From positions 124,001 through 188,000 of IMG/VR virus record IMGVR_UViG_3300048672_001051: DNA of 64,000 nucleotides, one strand, 5' to 3'. Of the stretch, positions 9,200 through 17,475 are shown piece by piece. Within the stretch, counting starts at the first letter, position 1; each line of letters begins with the position of its first letter. The notes under the pieces are model-generated. The model ran no database searches. It was not told where the DNA came from and saw only the letters and a program-made list of their open reading frames with translations. The position numbers and the translations under genes were made by a program.

Positions 9200-9372
9200 T
9201 GCTGGCCGCCGAAACTCTTTAGCACTTACTCTAGCCTACAAAAATGCAAACTAAACCGGGTTCAGGTTGTTTAAACCATTACAGAATAAACCCTCCAGCA
9301 ATTATACCGCAACTTGTATAACAATCTAGAACAGAACAGTGCATTAAGTATGTTGCTACGCTGCTGGATCCT
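9200..9372 (-). ncRNA. Candidate small structured RNA
   Basis: Nested pairings CCAGCA/TGCTGG, AATGCA/TGCATT, GGGTT/AACCC; shares GGATCC(G)AGCAGC with 7689-7701. Confidence 0.3.
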
Positions 9373-9374
9373 CG

Positions 9375-9752
9375 TTATTTTGAAGTAATTATTAAACCTT
9401 CTAAAGTTATAAAACCATACTGCTTAGAATGGTAGTAACCATATTGTCTAATATAATAAACTTCACGGTTAAACATATCAATAAAATAACTTTGATATTT
9501 TTTATGCTCTAAGAAATAAGGACTTTTAACAATATCTTTATAGACATTGTTTATAGACTTATTAATATTTTGGGCTAAAGATTTTTTAAATATTTTATAA
9601 AAAACATTAAGAATATTATTAGCACGCCAAGGAATTTTTTCTGAAACTTCATAATAAGTATTGTTTTCTTTGAATCTATATTTCATAGATTTAATATGAG
9701 TAGAAGACTCATTATTAAACTTTTTTATTTTATGCTGAATACTCAAAAACAC
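9375..9752 (-). CDS. Hypothetical protein
   Basis: 125-aa basic ORF. Confidence 0.6.
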   Translation of the reverse strand: MFLSIQHKIKKFNNESSTHIKSMKYRFKENNTYYEVSEKIPWRANNILNVFYKIFKKSLAQNINKSINNVYKDIVKSPYFLEHKKYQSYFIDMFNREVYYIRQYGYYHSKQYGFITLEGLIITSK

Positions 9753-10161
9753 ACCTACTTAAAAAGTAATATTTGGTCGAGTATTTTTTAAAGAAGATCT
9801 CGAAAACTCCACCCAAATCGGCTACAAGTTGGGATCCTTGTAGCCTGACGCAACTTTTACGACTAAGTCCAAGGTGTAATAGACTTATAGCTAAAATTTA
9901 AGAGTTTTTCTGAAACTAAGTTATCAGAAAAAACAACATTATTTATAACTAATTTAGCACTATCGCCAGCAATTGTAATAGTCCAATCTGTAATATTTTT
10001 TGGCAACTCAGTATTATTTCTAAAAATTTAAAGGCGGAAATTCAGGGATTTTAACCCCATTATATTGAGCAATTACTTCAATATTGTGAACTCTATGAAT
10101 AACTAAATTATACATAAGAATAATTTCTACCATTTTAAACATGCCTTTAAGTTAATTGTTT

Positions 10162-10207
10162 TGGTTGGCCGGGAGGGATTTGAACCCTCGATACCCTGAT
10201 TAAAAGT
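10162..10207 (-). pseudogene. 3' half of a canonical tRNA-Lys(TTT), positions 31-76
   Basis: A-CT-TTT-AA-TCAGG, T arm, CCGGCCA-A-CCA; 5' half missing. Confidence 0.85.
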
Positions 10208-10215
10208 GTAAATAT

Positions 10216-10289
10216 TGGTTGGCCTTGAAGGTATTGATCCTTCTTCTGGAAATTAAAAGTTTCCTGCATCACCTTAATGCTTAAAGCCA
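10216..10289 (-). tRNA. tRNA-Lys(TTT), divergent variant
   Basis: GGAAA-CT-TTT-AA-TTTCC; T-loop ATCAATA; CCA. Confidence 0.85.
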
Positions 10290-10296
10290 ATTATAC

Positions 10297-10325
10297 TTGA
10301 CAATATATTATAAACATAATATAGT
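10297..10325 (+). promoter_or_regulatory. Sigma70-type promoter for HNH gene
   Basis: TTGACA-N17-TATAGT. Confidence 0.7.
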
Positions 10326-10391
10326 AGTAGTTCAATAGTTAGTAGTAAACTACTAACTCAACTTACAATTAAAATTAAAGAGTATCATATT

Positions 10392-10904
10392 ATGAATAAA
10401 CAAATATTATTAGATTTTATTAAACAAAATAAATCTTCTAGACAAATTGCAGAAGAACTTCAAGTATCACAAACAACTATTAGATATTGGCTTAAAAAAT
10501 ATAATTTAAAAACTAAAATATACACACAAATTATAGATAATAAAAAAGTTTGTACTAAATGCAATATTAATAAAGAAATTTCAGAATATTATTTTAAAAA
10601 TAAAAAACATAAAAATATGCACTCGGAATGTAAACTGTGTTTTAATTCTAGAATTACCGAGCAGTTTAGAGATTTAAAAACACAGTGTATAGAATACAAA
10701 GGATCTAAATGTCAAATTTGCGATTATAATAAATATCAAGGAGCTTTAGAATTTCATCATTTAGATCCAAATGAAAAAGATTTTGCTATTTCAGCAGCAA
10801 CTTCAAGGTTGTTAAATGAAACAATGAAAAAAGAATTAGATAAATGTATATTAGTTTGTTCGAATTGCCATAAAGAAATTCACGCTAAACTAGTTGATAT
10901 TTAA
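10392..10904 (+). CDS. Freestanding HNH homing endonuclease with N-terminal HTH
   Basis: RQIAEELQVSQTTIRYWL HTH; CQIC...LEFHHLDP...CSNCHKEIH. Confidence 0.88.
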   Translation: MNKQILLDFIKQNKSSRQIAEELQVSQTTIRYWLKKYNLKTKIYTQIIDNKKVCTKCNINKEISEYYFKNKKHKNMHSECKLCFNSRITEQFRDLKTQCIEYKGSKCQICDYNKYQGALEFHHLDPNEKDFAISAATSRLLNETMKKELDKCILVCSNCHKEIHAKLVDI

Positions 10905-10929
10905 ATTTTCTACCACTGAAATATACTCC
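10905..10929 (-). pseudogene. 5' tRNA fragment (acceptor strand plus D arm)
   Basis: TGGAGTA-TA-TTTC-AGTGGTA-GAAA; perfect D stem; partner 3' half unclear. Confidence 0.5.
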
Positions 10930-10979
10930 AAAATTGCTTATTTTAAAAAATAACCACTAATCTACCGACCAATTGTGTG

Positions 10980-11165
10980 TTAAGTATTTTTTAATAACCA
11001 ATCAGCACGAACTCCTGTGAGAATATTACACTGGCTGTTATACTCACCCTCTATTTCAGCTAATTTTGTCTTAAGAATTCTATTTTCTTGAGCTAGCTGC
11101 ATATTTGCACGTCTTAAAATTTGTAATTCTTCAGTAAGCTTTAAATATTTTACACTTTCTTGCAT
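10980..11165 (-). CDS. Small coiled-coil protein
   Basis: 61 aa with heptad pattern. Confidence 0.55.
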   Translation of the reverse strand: MQESVKYLKLTEELQILRRANMQLAQENRILKTKLAEIEGEYNSQCNILTGVRADWLLKNT

Positions 11166-11293
11166 AATAAACCTTTAATACAGTTAAAAAATAAGGGTCT
11201 TTTGTTTATGAGAATAGACTGTAGTATTAAACTACAGTGAAATCAAAACATTCTGAAGACTTAAAAGTCTTACACAGGGGCGACCTACTCCTG

Positions 11294-11527
11294 TCACTTT
11301 GCCTTACGGCTACGATAATACTTTTTAAAAACACTGTAAGGAATCCGATAACTATTCAAAAACTTATTTAAATAATGCGCAGAAATTTCAGGATGATCTA
11401 TGACAAATTGATGTATATTACACAAGTATTCAAGAAGTTCTGCTCTTTCCATTTGATGTCCAGGTTCTATTGGACAATGGTACGAAGGGCCTTGTAAGTG
11501 ACGTTCCATACGATCTTTATCAAACAT
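11294..11527 (-). CDS. Hypothetical protein
   Basis: 77 aa, AAGG SD. Confidence 0.6.
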   Translation of the reverse strand: MFDKDRMERHLQGPSYHCPIEPGHQMERAELLEYLCNIHQFVIDHPEISAHYLNKFLNSYRIPYSVFKKYYRSRKAK

Positions 11528-11741
11528 AATAAACCTTAATTTTTAAAATAATACTTAGAATTTAGTTGAGGAGGTTTTACTACATACTGTTGAGTTTTAT
11601 CACACCAGATAAAAGAAGATTTTCTTTTATACAAAGTAGGTATAAGTATATTTTCATTTGGTATGTTAATAACTGCATGTATATAACTAGCATATAATTT
11701 TTTAAATAAGCTCATTTTAACTCAATCTTAAAATATATAAA

Positions 11742-11815
11742 GGCGCATTTAATGGGAATCGAACCCACATAAGACTCCTAGACAGGGAGTTACCTTACCA
11801 ATCGGCCTCAAATGC
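11742..11815 (-). tRNA. tRNA-Asp(GTC)
   Basis: ACTCC-CT-GTC-TA-GGAGT (unusual pyrimidine at 37); G73. Confidence 0.88.
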
Positions 11816-11867
11816 GTAAAAAACCAACACGTATAAGTCATAAACCTATGCTGATGTTGGTAAACAG

Positions 11868-11896
11868 TTGCATTGCTAATTACTTTGTAATATACT
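11868..11896 (+). promoter_or_regulatory. Sigma70-type promoter for HNH gene
   Basis: TTGCAT-N17-TATACT. Confidence 0.6.
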
Positions 11897-11970
11897 TGCG
11901 CTACACAAGTTCGAGTTGTTATTAAATAATCGAACAAACATTAAAATTAATAAATTACAGAGTTATAAAC

Positions 11971-12567
11971 ATGCTAAAAGAAACATCTTTAAAAGAGAAA
12001 ATAATTGATTTAAGAAATCAAAATTTAAGTTACAGAGAAATTTCTGAAAAACTTAACTGTACAAAAAGTGTAATATGCTATCACCTTACAGAAAAAGAAA
12101 AACAGAGAGTTGCAGATTCGACTAAAAAATTTAAAGAAAATAACCCTTTAAGTACAAAATTAACTCAATTTACAAGAGAGCAAGCAAAAGGACTTAATAA
12201 TAAAGCTCTTAAATTCTCTCAAGATAGAGAGATTAGAAAAGGCTTAAAATTACATAAAGATGGTGAAAATTATATAAATTATAAAAATCTTTATGAAGAG
12301 TTAATAAAAAAGCCTTATTGTTATTTAACTGGTGAAAGTGTTGATTTAACAAAGTCAGCAGATTATCAACTAGATCATATTATACCTATTTCAAAAAATG
12401 GTAGTTCTACTCTAGATAATATGGGGTTAACAACTAAAGCAGCTAATAAAGCTAAAAGCGATCTAACTTTAGAAGAGTTTTTTGATTTATGCGCAAGTGT
12501 TATTGTTCATAATAATTTAATGCCTTTAGTGGAGGCAAAACTTGCCAATAAAATATTAGCAAAATAA
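11971..12567 (+). CDS. Freestanding HNH homing endonuclease with N-terminal HTH
   Basis: LSYREISEKL HTH; CYLTG...LDHIIPISKNG...NMGLTTKAANKAK. Confidence 0.88.
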   Translation: MLKETSLKEKIIDLRNQNLSYREISEKLNCTKSVICYHLTEKEKQRVADSTKKFKENNPLSTKLTQFTREQAKGLNNKALKFSQDREIRKGLKLHKDGENYINYKNLYEELIKKPYCYLTGESVDLTKSADYQLDHIIPISKNGSSTLDNMGLTTKAANKAKSDLTLEEFFDLCASVIVHNNLMPLVEAKLANKILAK

Positions 12568-12568
12568 G

Positions 12569-12647
12569 TGGCTGCCCATCTAGGTAACGATCCTAGCTAT
12601 TCATTGTTTAACAGACAAGTCCGTGCACCATGCTCGGATTATGGGCA
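12569..12647 (-). tRNA. tRNA-Asn(GTT)
   Basis: TTGT-CT-GTT-AA-ACAA; T-loop ATCGTTA; CCA. Confidence 0.88.
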
Positions 12648-12716
12648 AAAATTTGAAGTTATGTTTTAAATGCACATAACTTCAACTACAACAAGAAAAT
12701 ATAAAGTTAAAAAATT

Positions 12717-12968
12717 TTATATAAAAAATTCACACCAGCTACTTCCAAACTTATCACTATTATTCTCTTCAGCTAATTTTTTAAATTCTTTAGCTGTGTA
12801 AGGTGTGTTAACAATAATAGATTCAAATGCTTGAGTATGTTTAAACTTAGACCAAGTTAAACTAGCACAAGACCCGCATAAATTATAAACTTGTCTAATT
12901 TGTTTACTAATTACTGGAACGTTGAAAGATACTTCTACTTCACCATTATGACAATTTACGCAACCCAT
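12717..12968 (-). CDS. Small Zn-finger protein
   Basis: CVNC and CGSC pairs. Confidence 0.6.
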   Translation of the reverse strand: MGCVNCHNGEVEVSFNVPVISKQIRQVYNLCGSCASLTWSKFKHTQAFESIIVNTPYTAKEFKKLAEENNSDKFGSSWCEFFI

Positions 12969-12971
12969 TTT

Positions 12972-13073
12972 TTAAAACTCTAAATAAATTTTAATTTGTT
13001 GTCTTGCACAAGCTTCACAACAACCATCAGGTACAGTAGCACCTGTTAAAGAATTCCAAATTACTTTTAACAT
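12972..13073 (-). CDS. Possible 33-aa peptide (track ORF trimmed to exclude tRNA)
   Basis: MLKVIWNSLTGATVPDGCCEACARQQ. Confidence 0.35.
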   Translation of the reverse strand: MLKVIWNSLTGATVPDGCCEACARQQIKIYLEF

Positions 13074-13117
13074 GCTTATCCTGCATTTTTTTAACACGTT
13101 ATAAAAACAGTGTATAA

Positions 13118-13206
13118 TGGTCCGGCCGGTGGGACTTGAACCCACAATGTGCTGTAGCACGCTCGATTATGAGTCGAGTCCATTTAACCAATTCTGGCAC
13201 AGCCGG
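13118..13206 (-). tRNA. tRNA(CAT), Ile2-like anticodon arm on a class II long-variable-arm body
   Basis: CTCGA-CT-CAT-AA-TCGAG; extra arm GTGCT-ACA-GCAC; 3-bp D stem; A73; CCA. Confidence 0.85.
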
Positions 13207-13240
13207 ATAAATTTAAAATATAAATAAAAAGGAAATAAAT

Positions 13241-13999
13241 ATGACTACATTACCAAAATATTACATTACAACTCAACATGAAATTGACAACATGAAATCA
13301 AATTCTTTAATTTTTATTAATTGTGAGTATTGCAATACAGAGTTTTCACTGCAAAAGAAGTATTTAACATTACAGCTTAAAAATCAAAACACTTACAGAA
13401 CAACATGCAGTGGAAGTTGTTTTATAAAGCTTAAATCAATAGACTCTAAAGTAATTACAAATTGTAAAACATGCGATAAAGAAATTACTAAAACAAAAAA
13501 AGAAATAGAAGGATCTAAGTCAGGTTTTGTTTTTTGCTCTAGTTCTTGTGCAGCTAAAACAAATAATATCACAAGTAAATTAAAATACTCAATTAAAAAT
13601 TGTTTAAACTGTCTTGTAGATTATAAACCTACAAGATGTAGAGATAGTGGAACATGTTCTCAATTTTGTTTAATGGAGTATGGCATGAAATCAAGAAAAT
13701 TATCAGACGTAGTTAAAAGAACTCATTCAAATAAATACGACGGCGTTAGAAGTAATGCAAGGCTTTACGCTAAATACCACTATTTACCAAAATGTGCACT
13801 ATGTAATTATGATAAACATTTTGAAGTTTGTCATATAAAAGCTTTAACTAATTTTAATAATAATGATTCATTATTTGAAATTAACAATAAAACTAATTTA
13901 ATCCATTTATGTCCAAATTGTCATTGGGAGTTTGATCACAATTTAATACAGCTTGAAACTATAGTTAAAGCACAAGTAGAAAGTTTGCTAGTCTTGTAG
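13241..13999 (+). CDS. Freestanding HNH homing endonuclease with Zn-finger repeats
   Basis: Multiple CxxC; CALC...EVCHIK...LCPNCHWEFDH. Confidence 0.88.
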   Translation: MTTLPKYYITTQHEIDNMKSNSLIFINCEYCNTEFSLQKKYLTLQLKNQNTYRTTCSGSCFIKLKSIDSKVITNCKTCDKEITKTKKEIEGSKSGFVFCSSSCAAKTNNITSKLKYSIKNCLNCLVDYKPTRCRDSGTCSQFCLMEYGMKSRKLSDVVKRTHSNKYDGVRSNARLYAKYHYLPKCALCNYDKHFEVCHIKALTNFNNNDSLFEINNKTNLIHLCPNCHWEFDHNLIQLETIVKAQVESLLVL

Positions 14000-14213
14000 A
14001 CTAGCTATGCTACAGTTGCTAAATAAAAAACGCGTACTCCCAGAATGAATACGACTAGTTGTTTAAAAATATATTTTTAAAGGATAATAACTCAGCGCTG
14101 TCTTCACACGCATAAAAAACCTAGAAGCTTTATATTCCTTCCTGTCAACACTTTCTAGTTTTATAGTCTAAAAGTGCGAAAACGACAAAAGCCTTTCTGA
14201 AGGGCTTAATTTG

Positions 14214-14642
14214 TTATTTAACCAATTCATAAATATGATAACAATAAACTTTTTCAATAAAAGGTTCATCATAAATATATTCATACTGAGGGTCTAAATT
14301 TCCAATATACTCACCCCATTTATGCCAACGCCAACCACCTTCTGCGGGTTGATCAGCTTTAACAACTGGAGTTAATGTAATCACAAATGAACGATCAGTA
14401 GAATCTACCAGTTCAGGGCATTGCTCTAGGATTTGTTCACAATTATCACAAACGCCATAAGGGCCAATATCCAAAGTTGGATATCGTTCAAAATCAGATA
14501 AAATATGGGTACCACCAAAAGAATTAATCTGGTAGATTCCAGGAATAATTTCTACAGATGGAGGTAAGTTGTGGAACTCAGTTAACATCTTTAACACTGG
14601 ATCAGCTGGATCTGCCAATAAAGAAGGCATTGGAATTAACAT
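14214..14642 (-). CDS. Conserved phage hypothetical protein
   Basis: YGVCDN and GGWRWHKWGEYIG motifs. Confidence 0.75.
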   Translation of the reverse strand: MLIPMPSLLADPADPVLKMLTEFHNLPPSVEIIPGIYQINSFGGTHILSDFERYPTLDIGPYGVCDNCEQILEQCPELVDSTDRSFVITLTPVVKADQPAEGGWRWHKWGEYIGNLDPQYEYIYDEPFIEKVYCYHIYELVK

Positions 14643-14667
14643 AATATATTTACCTATTTAAAAAGTT

Positions 14668-14741
14668 TGGAGCGGTGTGGCAGATTCGAACTGCCAACTA
14701 TTGGTTGGAAGCCAAGGTGCTGACCGTTACACTACAGTCCC
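14668..14741 (-). pseudogene. tRNA-Gly(TCC) with non-pairing (chimeric) acceptor stem
   Basis: D, anticodon (CT-TCC-AA) and T arms normal; 5' GGGACTG pairs with 3' ACACCGC at only 2 of 7 positions. Confidence 0.75.
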
Positions 14742-14760
14742 CATCACATTACAACAAAAA

Positions 14761-14847
14761 GGCAGAGTGCAGTGGACTCGAACCACAACCGTAAAAACAA
14801 TCACGTTGCTTAGCAGGCAAGTCTTAACCCAGTTAAGTTTACACTCT
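14761..14847 (-). tRNA. tRNA-Ser(GCT)
   Basis: TTGC-CT-GCT-AA-GCAA; long arm; G73. Confidence 0.88.
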
Positions 14848-15007
14848 ATTTAATTGACAATTATATGCTTCTTTTGCCGTTTAGACATGCTGTACATATC
14901 TTTAGCATTAAGAACATCTTTATATGTTGCTTTAAGAGCTTTAGATAATAACTCAGAAAACTCTTTTAAGTCAATAACTTTTTTCATATTTTTAACAATA
15001 ATAAAAA

Positions 15008-15082
15008 TGGTAGTTCTATCAAGACTTGAACTTGAGTCAAACGATTATCAATCGTCCGTTTTACCGACTAAACTACAGAACT
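15008..15082 (-). tRNA. tRNA-Ile(GAT)
   Basis: ACGA-TT-GAT-AA-TCGT; CCA. Confidence 0.92.
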
Positions 15083-15087
15083 AGTAA

Positions 15088-15117
15088 TGGTCTACTGTTG
15101 TATTAAACAGTAGACCA
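15088..15117 (-). terminator. Terminator-like hairpin after vWA gene
   Basis: TGGTCTACTGT-8nt-ACAGTAGACCA. Confidence 0.6.
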
Positions 15118-15124
15118 TAAAGAA

Positions 15125-15979
15125 TTAACGATTGCAGTAAGCTTGATAATCTTTAATCCAATTTGGAAATTCAGTTAGAAGTTTATCATACAGCTGCTCG
15201 TCAGTAATTGAAGACAAAGAGTCTACTTCAAAGAAGTTGCAGTTGTCAACAGCACGACCTGACATTGTATCAAGATGCTCAAGAATGCCGTAATTGCTGC
15301 CACCCAAACCTACAAACTGCCAGAAAATATTTTCTGTAGAAGCCTGACGGATTAGTTTAGTAATTTCAGCGTCTTTATAGACGCCACCATCACTGATGAA
15401 AATAACGTAGGTTGGTAAACCATTAGTTTCATTTTTATGGTTGGCAATAACTTCATGAATAACTTTTGGCTCATCATTTGAAAAACCAATACCTACGCCA
15501 CTGCCAGCACGGCTCAAGCTTACATTCTTAACGTAGTCTGCGATTGTAGTTAAAGTAATGCTAGGCATTTGGCGAGTCTTACAAGCGAACGCATGACACT
15601 CTAAAATGCCGTCAGGATCGAAATGAGTGGCTAGTGGTACTACACGGTCAAGAACACCCTGAACAGCGCCTGAGCCGTATTGTGAGGTCATAGAGCCAGA
15701 CGCATCAAGAACAATAACAACATTTGCTTTAACTGTAGTTAAGTTATTTTTAACCAAACTAATTGCAGCCGTTTTTGCAAAATTCAGCAAGCTTGGATTT
15801 TGAGTTTCGTACTTTTTAACAAAGTCTAATGTGCTGCTAGGGCGTTCGCCAGCGGCAAACATTTCAAGAGGAGATTTTGAAGGTTGCGGCTTAACAGCTG
15901 GAGTTGGACTTACAGGGGCAGGTGGTTCTGCTACAACAGCAGCAGGTTTACTACCAAAGAGATTTGAAAAAAAGCTCAT
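15125..15979 (-). CDS. vWA domain protein (vWA-TerF-like, Ter stress system)
   Basis: MIDAS VLDASGSM; FISDGG; FWQFVGLG; LEHLDTMSGRAVDNCNFF. Confidence 0.88.
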   Translation of the reverse strand: MSFFSNLFGSKPAAVVAEPPAPVSPTPAVKPQPSKSPLEMFAAGERPSSTLDFVKKYETQNPSLLNFAKTAAISLVKNNLTTVKANVVIVLDASGSMTSQYGSGAVQGVLDRVVPLATHFDPDGILECHAFACKTRQMPSITLTTIADYVKNVSLSRAGSGVGIGFSNDEPKVIHEVIANHKNETNGLPTYVIFISDGGVYKDAEITKLIRQASTENIFWQFVGLGGSNYGILEHLDTMSGRAVDNCNFFEVDSLSSITDEQLYDKLLTEFPNWIKDYQAYCNR

Positions 15980-16189
15980 AGATTACTCGTAAAAAATCTG
16001 AAGAATATTCTTCATTAGAAATAAAGGCTGATGTTTGTATCAAACATCACTAGGGAGTTACTGCAACTGAAGGGCAGAGTGGCTGATGATTTAGGAATAA
16101 TTCACTAACATTGTATGTAGTAACTGATACAACAACTGTAATAATCACCCAAAACCATTGACGGCTTGTAAGTACAACCATAATACATC

Positions 16190-16480
16190 CTAAAGTTTAT
16201 TGACAAATCTGGATGATTTTAAGTCAACTGGAGATACATCATTTATCAAATACTGATAGAGTTCGTCAGTAAGTTTGATTGTTCTCAAATAAATTTGAAA
16301 AGCGTAGTCAACATTTTCATGCTTATAATGAAAATAACTAACTTCTAAATCAATACTAACATCATACAGAAAATGATGATCACCACCATGAAAATTCTCT
16401 ACAGCATTTTCAAATGCTTCAATAATTTTTTTAGAAGAACTATCATTAAATAAGTCTTTCATTATAAAACGTTTAATCAT
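16190..16480 (-). CDS. Hypothetical protein
   Basis: 96-aa ORF in operon. Confidence 0.6.
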   Translation of the reverse strand: MIKRFIMKDLFNDSSSKKIIEAFENAVENFHGGDHHFLYDVSIDLEVSYFHYKHENVDYAFQIYLRTIKLTDELYQYLINDVSPVDLKSSRFVNKL

Positions 16481-16488
16481 ATTAAGTC

Positions 16489-16767
16489 TTAATCTTTTTT
16501 CCGAAATTGCCAGCCAGAAGTATGTGCATAATACATAACTGTTTTTAAGTCTGAACTTACATAAACTTTACGGCTACTTTTTAAAGTCTGATAAAAAACT
16601 TTAAAAAGTTCTTGTTGCTTGTTAAGTTCTACAGTAGTCAAAGCGGTTGAGAGTCTGTTAAACAGGGGATGTTGTATAACATTAAGTTGCTTAGCTAGCG
16701 CTAAAGCATCTGATAAACAGCCATTAATTAAAAGAAACTCAATAACAGAATCATTAAGCTTATTCAT
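16489..16767 (-). CDS. Hypothetical protein
   Basis: 92-aa ORF in operon. Confidence 0.6.
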   Translation of the reverse strand: MNKLNDSVIEFLLINGCLSDALALAKQLNVIQHPLFNRLSTALTTVELNKQQELFKVFYQTLKSSRKVYVSSDLKTVMYYAHTSGWQFRKKD

Positions 16768-16787
16768 AATAAAATCTCTCGAATATG

Positions 16788-16900
16788 TGGCAGTAGACCA
16801 AGGACTTGAACCTAAAAGATATTTATTTTAAATATCTCACAGCACCATTTTAAATAACAGTAACTAGTATGTTAAATAAACTTGACCTGTGGGGTCTACC
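16788..16900 (-). ncRNA. Atypical tRNA-like element
   Basis: Acceptor GGTAGAC/GTCTACT, G73, CCA, T-loop TTCAAGT, AT-rich hairpin arm; no recognisable D or anticodon arm. Confidence 0.5.
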
Positions 16901-16906
16901 ATAATT

Positions 16907-17416
16907 TCAGCTTAAAATTTTTAACAAATCTGGAACTGCACTAGTCATACAATAAAACTGATTGACTTGGACTTGTAGAGTTTGACGCATAAAATGCGAA
17001 AAATTATCTAATCCTTTTTGTCGATCGTCAGTAATTAGATGAACTCTTGCAAATTTTAATTGATTAACAACATCAAAAACAATATTTGCTGGAAAAATAA
17101 ATTCTTTTACATTAAAAGGATCTAATGTAAAGGAATAAGTTCTTAAATTAATGTTAATATTTAATTTATTAACAGTAATAAATTCAAACCAGACTAAAAT
17201 CTCCGGTGTTAGAACAACTTTATCATTTATAGTATTTGCTTTAAAAAAAAGACCATTGACAGCTAATACATTATTTAAAAACTCTAATCGCTGTGTAGCA
17301 GAAAATGTGGCTATAAGCCACAAATGAGGCTCAAGATTTCTTTTTTGACTATTTAAAAAACTTAAAAGCGTAGGAAAGCTTGAGCCGTGAAAACTTTCAA
17401 AAAAATGATTATTCAT
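16907..17416 (-). CDS. Hypothetical protein
   Basis: 169-aa ORF. Confidence 0.65.
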   Translation of the reverse strand: MNNHFFESFHGSSFPTLLSFLNSQKRNLEPHLWLIATFSATQRLEFLNNVLAVNGLFFKANTINDKVVLTPEILVWFEFITVNKLNININLRTYSFTLDPFNVKEFIFPANIVFDVVNQLKFARVHLITDDRQKGLDNFSHFMRQTLQVQVNQFYCMTSAVPDLLKILS

Positions 17417-17475
17417 TTTTAAAGCAACCTATAATATGGGAGTACTCTCGAGATTTGGACTAGTTCTAAAAAACT

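Noticed and set aside
9245-9372. Resemblance to RNase P RNA (TGAACCCGGTTTAG, GAGGA-TCC)
   Set aside because: No GAAAGTCC segment able to form P4, and the region is too short.
10033-10145. tRNA-like remnant (GGGGTTAAAATCCC arm, AATGGTAGAAA)
   Set aside because: Too degenerate to assign stems or an anticodon.
14854-15084. Plus-strand 76-aa ORF and similar short plus-strand ORFs (e.g. 1464, 4302, 6647, 22979, 26839, 33003, 59090, 63446)
   Set aside because: Antisense to well-supported genes or tRNAs, with no motifs or SD.
17437-17465. Possible tRNA 3' end remnant
   Set aside because: Only TGG plus a weak T-arm match.
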